A DNA stretch of 64,000 nucleotides, from assembly GCA_965248335.1 (NCBI GenBank), contig CBDFIY010000003.1, positions 1,758,920 through 1,822,919 on the forward strand, read 5' to 3'. This DNA comes from Pseudomonadales bacterium. Lineage in GTDB: Bacteria; Pseudomonadota; Gammaproteobacteria; Pseudomonadales; DT-91. Below the pieces are notes generated by a model. The model had not been told where the DNA came from and searched no databases. It was given only the letters and a program-made list of their open reading frames with translations. Shown piece after piece: positions 9,891 through 20,940 of this stretch; position 1 is the first letter of the stretch; each line of letters opens with the position of its first letter. The position numbers and the translations under genes are program-made.

Positions 9891-11113
9891 TTAAGAAGAT
9901 ACCTTTTTTGGGTGTATAGTCACATCCCACTTTTTCAGCTCGGCATGTCTTGTAATGTGGGGTTGAATCTCGTCAAGCACTTCCTTACTTGGCCTTACAC
10001 CTTTCGTATAAACCTTATCAATTAAATCAACAATTGTTTTTTTACATTTATGCACAAGACTTTTTGTCCACTCCACCACCACATGAACTGAATTTAGAAG
10101 TGTGCCATTCCAATGGCTTTCCAAAAAAGCCCACCGCCTTTCAATGGGATTATATTTGCTGTGATAAGGAGGGTAGTAAACCAGCCTGATTCTCAGCCCA
10201 GTTTGACTGGAAAATTGCACCATCCGCAAAAGAAACTGAGTTCGCAGGCTATTACTCTCCGGGCCATTGTCTGTATAAATAATCAGCTCATCTTTGTCCT
10301 TGTTAGCTTCTTTGACATTCTCCCACCACAATTGCAGTGCATCACAAATAAAGTCGCTCGTCTTGTAGGAGAGTCCATAAACAACATGGAGTTGATCGTT
10401 ATCTAGGTTAAGAATCCCAAATGGCACCATTTTATCTTTATCTGCCATATCGTGATCTAGCGCCTGGACCACTTCTGCTCCGCGAGATTTACCCGCTCTG
10501 GAAAAGTCGCCGAGATTAACAGTAGCCTTGCAGTCTATGCTGATCTGCAACGTGTTTTGTCGTTGACTGGCTTCTGCTCTAACTTTGTTGACGTTGTCGA
10601 AGATGGCGTTAGTTTCTGGTATTTTTTTTCAGGTTTGGATTTCTGCACCTTGCGGAGCTTATAACCCATCCTATTCAGGATATTGCTAATGGTTCGCTCT
10701 TTAGGTAGAAGGTCTTCTTGCCAGTTCTTTTCCTCGACTAGCTTCTGCCGTACAACTTTGGCCGTTATGCGGGTATAGGCAAATGTATTTCTTAACCGTG
10801 AATCCGCTTGGCTTTCAGGCTCAACCAGGCTACGGATATCATCTTCAAGGCCTACCAGTGCAACCTCGGATTTATTTTTTCCGCAGGGTTCATAATTTCC
10901 ATAACAGATCATCCCAGTTTTTTTTTCGTTGATCCCTAATGCAACCGCCTTTCGTCCAAACCCAAAGGTTGATTCAGTCAACCGGGCACTTCCACTGCAA
11001 AGGGTTTCAGAAACTTCAGCCATAAAAAGTCTTTTTTCAGGGTTTTTTAATAGCCTGGCTGCTAATTTGAAGAGAGAAATATACTCAGGTTCTATATCAA
11101 TTGAAGTGGGCAT
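9891..11113 (-). pseudogene. ISAzo13-family (IS630-related DDE) transposase, split into two ORFs (10535..11113 and 9891..10550). The frameshift is at an A8 tract on the coding strand (T8 at 10622..10629).
   Basis: The C-terminal ORF has YYPPYHSKYNPIERRWAFLESHW. Reading one frame over from the A-run joins ...KSKPEKK to KIPETNAIFDNVNKVRAEASQ...QISIDCKATVN, which restores one continuous transposase. Confidence 0.7.
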
Positions 11114-11184
11114 AAATAAAATAGAGAATAAACAACTTTAGACATGTAATGGTAGGGCATCATACGCTGGTAATGTTTAAAATG

Positions 11185-11787
11185 CTACTTCCCTAAGCTG
11201 AAAAACCCAACATGACTGGTTAATATTGAAGGCCAAAATATCAGAAGTGAGCTCGTATAGAAAACATCATATCCGTAAATCGAAATAACTCTGCGCTTCT
11301 TTTGCTGGCAATATATCGGAAAATTCTGCAATGAAAGGCTGGCTACCAATACCCGCTTGATAAACCGATGACTAACCCTCGCAACAAAACGTTCCGGCAC
11401 AATATATCGGTGGTGGGTATATACTGGAGAGCCATCACTATAAATAACACTTCCGGGACTCACTACATCCAGAATGAACTGTTTAATATTATCTTTTGTT
11501 ACCGCAGAAACATGCCTTAAACGAACCCGTCCAAAGCCTTTAGGTTCAAGTAGCTCTACCGCTACGAGAATGACTGTTTTACTTTTACTGTTATGATTTC
11601 CTTTGCTTTTTCTCGGCACAACACCGCCAATGAAAATTTCGTCAACTTCAACGAGGCCTAATAACTTTTCTCTTTCTGGGTTGATCATTGCTGAGCGCAG
11701 CCTATGCAATAGCGCCCAAGATGTTTGATAACTTCCAAGTCCAAGTAGACGATCCCAGTACATGACAATTAATTGCTCATATGCCAC
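11185..11787 (-). pseudogene. IS1595-family (ISXO2-like) transposase C-terminal part. The gene is interrupted by IS10-like copy 2.
   Basis: ...LGLGSYQTSWALLHRLRSAM... and the DDE region (VDEIFIGG..., YSDGSPVY) are as in the DDE_Tnp_IS1595 family. It is continuous with the N-terminal fragment once the inserted IS is removed. Confidence 0.75.
11745..11753. repeat. 9-bp target-site duplication (GTAGACGAT, plus-strand reading) of IS10-like copy 2, inner side.
   Basis: The identical 9-mer is at 12996..13004, and both directly abut the CCCAGTAC... terminal IRs. A 9-bp TSD is the IS10/IS4 hallmark. Confidence 0.75.
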
Positions 11788-12995
11788 TCACCCTAAATAG
11801 AGGCGGTATCCAGTCTCTAGGCGTAAAAGCGTTAAGACATTTTCGTATTTTTTTAATATCAGTCACAACGCCAGAAATTATTTGCTGTAACAAATCGAGG
11901 CCGTGGCGAAAATAACTTTTCTCTAAACGGCCGTGTTTTTTTTACTGATGCCATCGCCTTGCTCACAGCGCCAAACACCCGTTTTATAAGACCAGCAATA
12001 AGCAATCGCGAGCACAGACATCATCCTGTCAATTTTATCGTGATCCGTTAGATGTGTTTCCTCGAAGTTAAATCCACGCGTTTTGAGGCATTCAAATAAT
12101 GTTTCTATTTCCCAGCGTCTTGCATAAATAATTAAACTGTCGGGTAGCGCCTGATTGGCCGCAACAATAAGAAATTCACCATCAGAAAGGCGTTTTCCAG
12201 AAAGATAAACAGGCAGTCCCCATAGTAATCGAACACCCGCTAATGATGTTTCCTCACCGGGCTTTAAATGATAGAACAGCCCATCAATATTAACTTCAAG
12301 ACCTCGGCTATTGGTTGTTATTTCAGACTTTTTAATACGGATAACAAAGGGAATGCCTTGCTGATCAAGGTAGTCAAAAAAGTCTTTGCCGATAAATTCT
12401 CTGTCAGCCGTTAATGCTTCTATACGATCTTTCCCAAACAGGCGGATAAAACGATTTAGTAGCTGAATGCGTTCGCAGGTATTAGAGTTACCTTTTTTGT
12501 TCAGCATCATCCAAAATACGGGGATTGCACGACCTTTATAGCAAATGCTCAACATTAATATATTGATATTCACTCGGCCGTATTGCCAGTTGGTTCTATC
12601 GATAGCTAATGTCCATTTGATGCTGTCATTAAAAAATAACCGCGTAATAAACAGGGCTATACCGTTTGGTGAGAAATGGGACTTTGAAAAAAACCGCTGC
12701 AAGCGTCTGTAACTCGATTCTACTTTTACATCTTTGCCTACTTGTGTTGCCAGTTTTGTCAAATTAACTGACCTCACTGCTATCAAAGCAATTAATATTT
12801 CTGCAAACAGATTAAGGTTTTTTTCATGACATCTAAATGATTTCTTGAGTTGGCGAGAGAGATGCTTGTGGGGGGGGCAAATTATATCCATAAGTTCGTC
12901 AATTTTTGAACCTTATTAGATACATAATTATCAATTAATTCAGTCAATTATAGATTAACGGCTATTATTCAACAAATTATGTGTCACGTACTGGG
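11754..12995 (-). mobile_element. IS4-family (IS10-like) element, copy 2. Intact (1242 bp), inserted into the IS1595 transposase gene.
   Basis: Terminal IRs CCCAGTACATGACA / CCCAGTACGTGACA, flanked by 9-bp direct repeats. It encloses a full 322-aa transposase ORF. Confidence 0.85.
11923..12891 (-). CDS. IS4-family (IS10-like) transposase, intact (322 aa).
   Basis: Full-length ORF through the G8/C8 tract at 12870..12877. YARRWEIETLFECLK matches the IS10-type Y-R-E-K signature region. Confidence 0.85.
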   Translation of the reverse strand: MDIICPPHKHLSRQLKKSFRCHEKNLNLFAEILIALIAVRSVNLTKLATQVGKDVKVESSYRRLQRFFSKSHFSPNGIALFITRLFFNDSIKWTLAIDRTNWQYGRVNINILMLSICYKGRAIPVFWMMLNKKGNSNTCERIQLLNRFIRLFGKDRIEALTADREFIGKDFFDYLDQQGIPFVIRIKKSEITTNSRGLEVNIDGLFYHLKPGEETSLAGVRLLWGLPVYLSGKRLSDGEFLIVAANQALPDSLIIYARRWEIETLFECLKTRGFNFEETHLTDHDKIDRMMSVLAIAYCWSYKTGVWRCEQGDGISKKNTAV

Positions 12996-13332
12996 GTAGA
13001 CGATATATCCCTAATGCACTAACACCATTTTTTTGATTTGTTATATACCAAACAGCACCAAACCAATCTTTGAGTGGTGTTCTGGTTTTATTAAAAATAG
13101 TACCTGAAGTAACGGACGTTTCTTTACGGCAATCTGCACACTTTAACGTAGCGTTTTTCAACTTATACGGCGTTTTATTTACATGACATCGAGGGCAGAT
13201 GAAGCCATTAGGCCAACGAATTTTAGAAATATAATCCAGGCAGGCTTGGTCATCATGAAACCAATCTATAAACTGATCCCAATTTTTAGGGTAGTCGATA
13301 CCAGATTTAAGTAGATTTGAATTCTGCGTCAT
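12955..13332 (-). pseudogene. IS1595-family transposase N-terminal part (zinc-ribbon region). Its 3' end reads into the inserted IS10-like element.
   Basis: MTQNSNLL...CLDYISKIRWPNGFICPRCHVNK...C.DCRKETSVTSGTIF is the IS1595/ISXO2 N-terminal Zn-ribbon plus HTH. The last ~8 codons are IS10-like terminal sequence. Confidence 0.75.
12996..13004. repeat. 9-bp target-site duplication (GTAGACGAT) of IS10-like copy 2, outer side.
   Basis: Matches 11745..11753. Confidence 0.75.
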
Positions 13333-13612
13333 TACTAGATATTGACATAGGTCGGGCTAAGTGGATAGCCCTTGTATATAGCCAGCAGCAGGCATACCAA
13401 ATAACTTGAATCTATCAATATAAGGTGAGCATGCATGGAGTGAAACGAGCTATTTATGGTTATTTAATAGATAGAGAGCAAGCTGATTCTGATGCAAATA
13501 TAAGTAAGATCACCCGTAATTATATTTATGACTAGCCGAAATGCTCTGTTTTCAGGATAATAGCCCGCACTTTTTGAAGATTTCCAATACAACGAACGTT
13601 CGTTGAGTTTAG

Positions 13613-14902
<1,290 letters not shown>

Positions 14903-14906
14903 TATC

Positions 14907-16295
14907 ATGCATCTTTTACCTGTTTCTTTAAATATAAAAAACAAGCCATGCCTTATTATTGGCGAACAGGCGATTGCAAAACGCAAATTAAACTTGTTGC
15001 TTAAAGCCTGCGCACAAGTTGATGTTATTTGTGAAGAAAGCCTTGATGCCGATTTTTTATCGATGATTACGCAAAGTGGTGGTCAGCAATTAAATAGTAC
15101 GTATAACAAAGACGTACTGGGCAACTATTACCTCGTTATTGTCGCCAGTGAAGACAAAGCATTGGCCGAAAAAGTCGCACAAAATGCCGAAGCTATTAAG
15201 TTGCCTGTTAATGTGTATAAGCAGCCTGATTTATCAAGTTTTAGTTTGCCCTATTTAATTGATCGTGACCCTATTACTATTGCTGTTTCAAGCTCAGGCG
15301 TTTCGTCGATCATGACACGCTTAATTCAGGCGCGTATTAATGCATTAATTCCTGTCGCGATAGGGCAGCTGGCAAAATTTTTTACCGGATTACAAAAAGA
15401 CGTTAAGGCACGCTTAAGCGACAAGCAAGACCGTCGCCGTTTTTGGGAATCTATGCTTGAAGGTGCTGTTGCAGAGAGAATTTATCAAGGCGAGCTAGAG
15501 CAAGCAAAAACCTTGTTTGATGAGCAATTGGCTGAATCGAAAGATCTTCAAAACGGTGAAGTTTACTTAATCGGCGCAGGGCCAGGCGATCCTGATTTAT
15601 TAACTTTTAAGGCACTTAGGCTTTTGCAATCTGCAGATGTCGTGTTGTATGACCGCTTAGTGAATGAATCCATATTGGATTTTGCAAGACCTGATGCGTT
15701 GAAGCTTTATGTAGGTAAGGCAATGTCGAACCATTCCGTACCGCAAGGCGAGATTAACCAGTGGCTCATTAATCATGCTAAACAAGGTAAGCGTGTTGCA
15801 CGGCTTAAAGGGGGCGACCCTTTTATTTTTGGTCGAGGTGGTGAAGAGATTGAAGATCTCGCAGATGCCCAAATTCCCTTTCAGGTGATTCCAGGAATAA
15901 CTGCTGCTAATGGATGCTCGGCCTATTCAGGCATCCCACTTACACATCGTGATTTTGCACAGTCAGTGCGATTTATTACAGGGCACCTTAAAAAGGGCGC
16001 CCTAACACTTGATTGGCCGAGTTTTGTGAGCGCTGATCAAACGCTCGTGTTTTATATGGGGCTGAGTAATATCAATACCATTTGTGAGCAACTCATAAAA
16101 CATGGGCGAACCCCTGAAACGAATGTGGCATTGATTGAAAAAGGCACAACTCGAGAGCAGAAAGTTATCGTGGGAACCTTATCAACGCTGCCCGATATTC
16201 TTACCAAAACACCGGTTAAAAGCCCAGCGCTAACTATTGTTGGTGATGTGGTTAGCTTGCGTGATAAGTTAGACTGGTTTGGGAAAACCCAATAG
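14907..16295 (+). CDS. cysG: Siroheme synthase (uroporphyrinogen-III C-methyltransferase / precorrin-2 dehydrogenase / ferrochelatase).
   Basis: 462 aa. It has an N-terminal NAD-binding CysG-N domain and a C-terminal SAM-dependent methylase domain (VYLIGAGPGDPDLLT..., GGDPFIFGRGGEE). Confidence 0.9.
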   Translation: MHLLPVSLNIKNKPCLIIGEQAIAKRKLNLLLKACAQVDVICEESLDADFLSMITQSGGQQLNSTYNKDVLGNYYLVIVASEDKALAEKVAQNAEAIKLPVNVYKQPDLSSFSLPYLIDRDPITIAVSSSGVSSIMTRLIQARINALIPVAIGQLAKFFTGLQKDVKARLSDKQDRRRFWESMLEGAVAERIYQGELEQAKTLFDEQLAESKDLQNGEVYLIGAGPGDPDLLTFKALRLLQSADVVLYDRLVNESILDFARPDALKLYVGKAMSNHSVPQGEINQWLINHAKQGKRVARLKGGDPFIFGRGGEEIEDLADAQIPFQVIPGITAANGCSAYSGIPLTHRDFAQSVRFITGHLKKGALTLDWPSFVSADQTLVFYMGLSNINTICEQLIKHGRTPETNVALIEKGTTREQKVIVGTLSTLPDILTKTPVKSPALTIVGDVVSLRDKLDWFGKTQ

Positions 16296-16319
16296 AAAAC
16301 CCAAATAGGAGACAGTTTC

Positions 16320-17681
16320 ATGGCATTTGATTTTGATCTTTTTGTAATAGGTGCAGGCTCCGGCGGTTTGCGAGCTGCACGTATGGCGGCACAAATGGGT
16401 GTGAAAGTTGGTCTTGCAGAAGAAAATGCTTTAGGCGGAACATGTGTCAATCTAGGCTGCATACCTAAAAAACTGATGGTTTATGCCTCACACTATGCCG
16501 AAGATATTAATGATGCCTATGGCTATGGGTGGACAGTCAACGGCTTTTCACATAACTGGCAGCAGCTGATCAATAATAAAAACCAAGAGATTAGTCGGTT
16601 AAACGTTATTTATCATCGATTGTTAGTCAATGCCGGTGTTAGTCTATTTTCAGCACGTGCTTATATCGATAGTGATCATGTGGTTCGTATGGGTGAAAAA
16701 ACGGTGACGGCAGAGAAGATTTTGGTTTGTGTCGGCGGTTTTCCTACGTTACCCGATATCGAAGGCTGTGAGTATGTGATAAGTTCTGATGATGTATTTT
16801 ATCTAGATAACCGACCTGAAAGAGTCGCCATTGTGGGTGGCGGTTATATAGCCTGTGAATTTTCAGGTATTTTTAATGGTTTAGGTTCAGATACACGCTT
16901 ACTGTATCGCGGTGATCAATTATTGAGAAAGTTTGATCATGATATGAGCCGTTTCGTGGCAAATGAAATGGAGAAAAAAGGCGTTAATGTACATTATCAA
17001 ACGTCTGTTGTTGCGATAGAAAAACGCGATCAGGGGTTAAGTTGCCTTCTTGATAATGGTGAAACCCTAATCGTCGATGAGGTGTTGTATGCCATTGGGC
17101 GTACGCCACATACAAAAGACTTAGGGCTTGAGAATACATCTGTCACGTTAGATGAAAAAGGATTTATACAGGTTGATGACAGGTTTCAGACAAATGCGCC
17201 TTCGATTTTTGCACTGGGTGATGTCATTGGTACGCCGGAGTTAACGCCTGTTGCCTTGGCGCAAGCGATGACTTTTGTTAACCAACAATTCGGTGATAAC
17301 ACAAGGCGTATGAGTTATGAGGCAATACCGACAGCCGTTTTGTCACAGCCTAATTTCGCCAGTTGCGGTTTAAGTGAAGAGCAAGTCATGGCTCAAGGTA
17401 TTCCGGTTATCGTGTACCGGAGTGAGTTTAAGCTGTTAAAACATACCTTATCAGGCAACTGTGAACGCGCGCTGATGAAAATCATTGTGCATAAAGATTC
17501 GGACGTTGTATTGGGTGTGCATATGGCTGGCGCGGATGCAGGAGAAATCATTCAAGGCTTTGCTGTTGTGGTAAAGGCGGCTTTAACCAAGGCGCAAATG
17601 GATATGACTATCGGTATTCACCCGACTATTGCTGAAGAGTTCGTCACGATGCGAGAAAGCCAGTATTTTCTGAATGCGTGA
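16320..17681 (+). CDS. gor: Glutathione-disulfide reductase (pyridine nucleotide-disulfide oxidoreductase class I).
   Basis: GAGSGG FAD motif, the redox-active disulfide GGTCVNLGCIPKK, and the C-terminal dimerisation domain with HPT.AEE. It is more Gor-like than Lpd-like. Confidence 0.75.
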   Translation: MAFDFDLFVIGAGSGGLRAARMAAQMGVKVGLAEENALGGTCVNLGCIPKKLMVYASHYAEDINDAYGYGWTVNGFSHNWQQLINNKNQEISRLNVIYHRLLVNAGVSLFSARAYIDSDHVVRMGEKTVTAEKILVCVGGFPTLPDIEGCEYVISSDDVFYLDNRPERVAIVGGGYIACEFSGIFNGLGSDTRLLYRGDQLLRKFDHDMSRFVANEMEKKGVNVHYQTSVVAIEKRDQGLSCLLDNGETLIVDEVLYAIGRTPHTKDLGLENTSVTLDEKGFIQVDDRFQTNAPSIFALGDVIGTPELTPVALAQAMTFVNQQFGDNTRRMSYEAIPTAVLSQPNFASCGLSEEQVMAQGIPVIVYRSEFKLLKHTLSGNCERALMKIIVHKDSDVVLGVHMAGADAGEIIQGFAVVVKAALTKAQMDMTIGIHPTIAEEFVTMRESQYFLNA

Positions 17682-17994
17682 TTCTATTAAGTAACTTGCC
17701 AATACAGATGCTATTTATTTGTTTCAAAACACTGTAGATACTTAGCCATTCTTCATCAGTTAAATGTATGCGGTTCATCATTATAAAATCGCTGATTATG
17801 CCCCAGGTGCGCCACGTCAACAGAGCCTAGGTCGTAGACCCATCTGCGAATGCCAAGCTGATAATTTTAATATTCGCTAGTCAGAAAGTACTGTCAGATG
17901 TGCTGCAGGAAAAATTGGCTTTGATGGCGTGTATACCCAACTGACTTCAATGTGCGCGATTTAGCTGTTGGAAATTATCATTAATTCGTCCGAA

Positions 17995-18560
17995 AAATAA
18001 GGTTTAAACCCCCGCCTTCAGGCGGGTAGCTTTAAGCTAGCAGTTGCCTTTATGATGCGGGCATGAAATACCGTTATGGTTCGCACACGAAATATAAGAT
18101 TGAATATCATTTTGTTTGGGTGACTAAGTATCGCTATCAGGTATTAAAAGGCGATGTTGGACTGAGAGTTCGTGAGTTAATCAGGCAAACGTGTGAGTAT
18201 TTAGAAATAGAAATATTGCGCGGCGTGATCAGCAAAGATCATGTACATTTGCTGATATCTGTGCCACCGACTTTATCACCAGCAGAGGTAATGAGGAGAA
18301 TAAAAGGTCGATCATCGACTAAATTGTTTCAGGAGTTTCCACATTTAAAGAAAAGGTATTGGGGACAGCATTTTTGGGCGAGAGGTTATTTTTGTGTGAC
18401 GGCTGGAGAGCTAACTAAAGAGATGATACAGGAGTATCTGGAGCACCACTTTGAACGAAAATTTGATGATAATTTCGATGTTGAATGAGAGTATTTATTC
18501 GGCTTTAGCCGAAAAGCTGGACTTTCAGTCCGCAGTTTTTAACCCACCGTCTTTAGGCGG
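17995..18560 (+). mobile_element. IS200/IS605-family element. Bounds are approximate and taken from the end hairpins.
   Basis: Upstream hairpin CCCGCCTTCAGGCGGG at 18011..18026. Downstream palindromes TCGGCTTTAGCCGA and CCACCGTCTTTAGGCGGTGG. The Y1 transposase lies between them. Confidence 0.6.
18063..18488 (+). CDS. tnpA: IS200/IS605-family Y1 (HuH) transposase TnpA (141 aa).
   Basis: The HuH motif HVHLLIS and conserved Y/R residues (WARGYF) are present. The size is typical. Confidence 0.9.
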   Translation: MKYRYGSHTKYKIEYHFVWVTKYRYQVLKGDVGLRVRELIRQTCEYLEIEILRGVISKDHVHLLISVPPTLSPAEVMRRIKGRSSTKLFQEFPHLKKRYWGQHFWARGYFCVTAGELTKEMIQEYLEHHFERKFDDNFDVE

Positions 18561-19559
18561 TGGTTGTTAATTCTACTGCCTAAATCAGCGCCAATTTCAG
18601 GTAGTATTTTTTCAAAAAACTCGCTAATTTTATTTTTAAAATCCTTTGCCGTGGAAAAGTACTGGTTATTCCTGACTTTTTCGTTCATCACCTTCCACAG
18701 CCGCTCTATGGGGTTTAGATTTGGGCTGTATGGTGGCAAGGTGTGAAGTTTAATGCCTAACTTGTCCGCAGCGCTCAGGACAGCCTTGGATTTATGATAG
18801 CCAGCTCCATCTAAAACTAAATGCACTGTCTTCTCACTATAATGTGCTCGTATTTTATGGAAAAATTCAATAATCGAATCGCCATTAACGGTGTCATATT
18901 GGCCGATAATAGCTTCTTCTATATGGGTGAAGTTCGATAGCACCTATTATATTGAGCCGTGTCCGACTTCCCGTGGTCTCTATGGGTTTATCGACACCCG
19001 TTTTGATCCATCCCGATGTGATTTTTGTTGCTTGAGTTGGATGAACTGCATCCATGAACAGTAAGGCTTCACCCTCTGATAGCTCAGCTTTTAGCGCTTC
19101 ATACTTTTCAATAAATTGCGCTTGTTTTTCAACATCAAACTTATGTGGAATGCCTTTAGGCTTTTTATAGCTGAAACCCTTTTGGTGTAACCACTGGGTT
19201 AGCCCTGAAACACTAAACTGCACACCCCAAGTTGTTTTAATATAATGACCAATTTGGCTCACTTGGGTATATATTTTTCCTGACAAATGAGTAACCAGCA
19301 ACTGAGATTGCTCGTTATCTAGGTAACCTTTGGAGCCGCCATTGGTTGATAATAACTTTTCATCATTTAGGTAATCATTAAGATGCCGAACAATCGTGGA
19401 CTCATCTTTTCTTAATGCCTGAGCGATCATTCTTGTCGACCAGCCTTCCGACCGCAACAAAACGACCTTCAAACGATCACTTTCTCTACTGTCTCTTGCT
19501 TGCTTATGACGCAATTCCAGTGCAAGTTTTTCGTTTTTTGTCAGGTCGATTTTCAGCAT
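18539..19559 (-). pseudogene. IS630-family (Tc1/mariner-like) transposase split into two overlapping ORFs (18894..19559 and 18539..18943). It is either +1/-2 frameshifted or, less likely, a programmed frameshift.
   Basis: N-terminal HTH region (RLKVVLLRSEGWSTRMIAQAL). The C-terminal DDE part has NLNPIERLW. The join falls in ...RLNIIGAIEL/SNFTHIEE. Confidence 0.7.
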
Positions 19560-19762
19560 CTGCGCACTATGATTATTTACTCTTTATAAATCAAGTACTT
19601 TCAATAGCGATGGGTATAGCGTAGCGGCTCAGCACGCATCATGTTTATAGCTGAAGGGTTCGTCACGATGTGAGAAGGCTAGTATTGTTAAAGTAGCTGA
19701 TTAATATTAGTCTCATGCTTAGTTGATTCAACCGCCAAAATAAGAATAAAAGGTGGCAAGAT

Positions 19763-20851
19763 ATGAGTGTGATTGCTCAGGCAGATACTTTACCTGAAAC
19801 CAGAAAAATCAAAGTTAGCAGCCCGTTGCTTTTTGCGCTGTATGGCATTATTCCCTTGTGCTTTGTTGTGTTGTTGTTGGATGTTTTTGTCTTCGATCAA
19901 CAGTTAAAAGCCACTTTTTTGCCTGTCGAGCCAGCACAGTGGGCATTTTGGGCGATTATTTTTAATTTCCCTCATATTGTTTCTTCGTTGATTACCTTGG
20001 TTGATAAAGAATACTGGCAATTCTATCAAGCACGCATGGGCAAAGCATTAATCGTGATTACACTGTTTGTGGTGACGATAACTTATCTTATCCCTCTCAT
20101 TTTTAGTGGTTTCGTATCGTCTATCATATCAGGTTTGTTTTTTGCATTTTTTGCGGCTTACACCATGTACCATGTGCTCTCGCAGCAGTTCGGTATAGGT
20201 ATGATGATGATGCGGGTGACTCAAAGCAGCTTGTATCAAGCATGGAGAGCTACCTCCACGGTCGCTGCAACGAGCTTATACTTGTGTGTTTTCGCTAAAG
20301 GCCCGCTCTCTACTATTATGATCTTAGATGTGCCGGTGAATGCCATACTGCAAAGCATTATTGGTGTTTCTTTGTTGGCGGCAACTTTTTTCGGTTTGTC
20401 GTTAGTCAAAAAGTCGCAGCGTAAGCTGGGCACGGGCTACGTTGTTTCCAATATATTGATGCTGTATTCAACGTGGTTGTTTTTGTTTTTAGATTACACG
20501 ATTTTTGTGATCATGATTCCTCGATTTGTTCATGATATAACGGCGTTTATTATTTATGCGACACATGATCAAAACCGCAATGCGGTAGAAGCACCCAATT
20601 ATATTTATCGCTGGATGCGGTTTGTACCTCTTTCGCCATTATTGTTATGCCCATTATTGGCGATTGGATTGGCAAATGGTATTCAAGGATCGACTGCTTT
20701 TGTCGATCAGTTTTTCATCGTTTCTGGTTTTCCAAGTGTGCTACAGATCAGTACGCAAATCGTTTTGATTGCGAGTCTTTTCCATTATTACATCGAAAGT
20801 TTTGTCTGGAAGCGCGACTCGCTACATCGTCATCATGTAGGGTTTAGTTGA
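19763..20851 (+). CDS. Hypothetical polytopic membrane protein (362 aa).
   Basis: Long ORF with about 8-10 hydrophobic segments. No recognisable family. Confidence 0.4.
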   Translation: MSVIAQADTLPETRKIKVSSPLLFALYGIIPLCFVVLLLDVFVFDQQLKATFLPVEPAQWAFWAIIFNFPHIVSSLITLVDKEYWQFYQARMGKALIVITLFVVTITYLIPLIFSGFVSSIISGLFFAFFAAYTMYHVLSQQFGIGMMMMRVTQSSLYQAWRATSTVAATSLYLCVFAKGPLSTIMILDVPVNAILQSIIGVSLLAATFFGLSLVKKSQRKLGTGYVVSNILMLYSTWLFLFLDYTIFVIMIPRFVHDITAFIIYATHDQNRNAVEAPNYIYRWMRFVPLSPLLLCPLLAIGLANGIQGSTAFVDQFFIVSGFPSVLQISTQIVLIASLFHYYIESFVWKRDSLHRHHVGFS

Positions 20852-20940
20852 TCTTTTTGACTTGCCACAATACTTGGGGCTGCCACAGGCTTCACTTTAG
20901 GCAGATTTAATTGGAATCAGCTTTCTTGCTCTATTACGTT

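Noticed and set aside
18894-18943. Reading the IS630 two-ORF overlap as a programmed -1 frameshift.
   Set aside because: The second frame is +1 relative to the first at the ...GAIEL/SNFTH... junction, and no slippery heptamer is evident. An inactivating 1-nt indel is more parsimonious.
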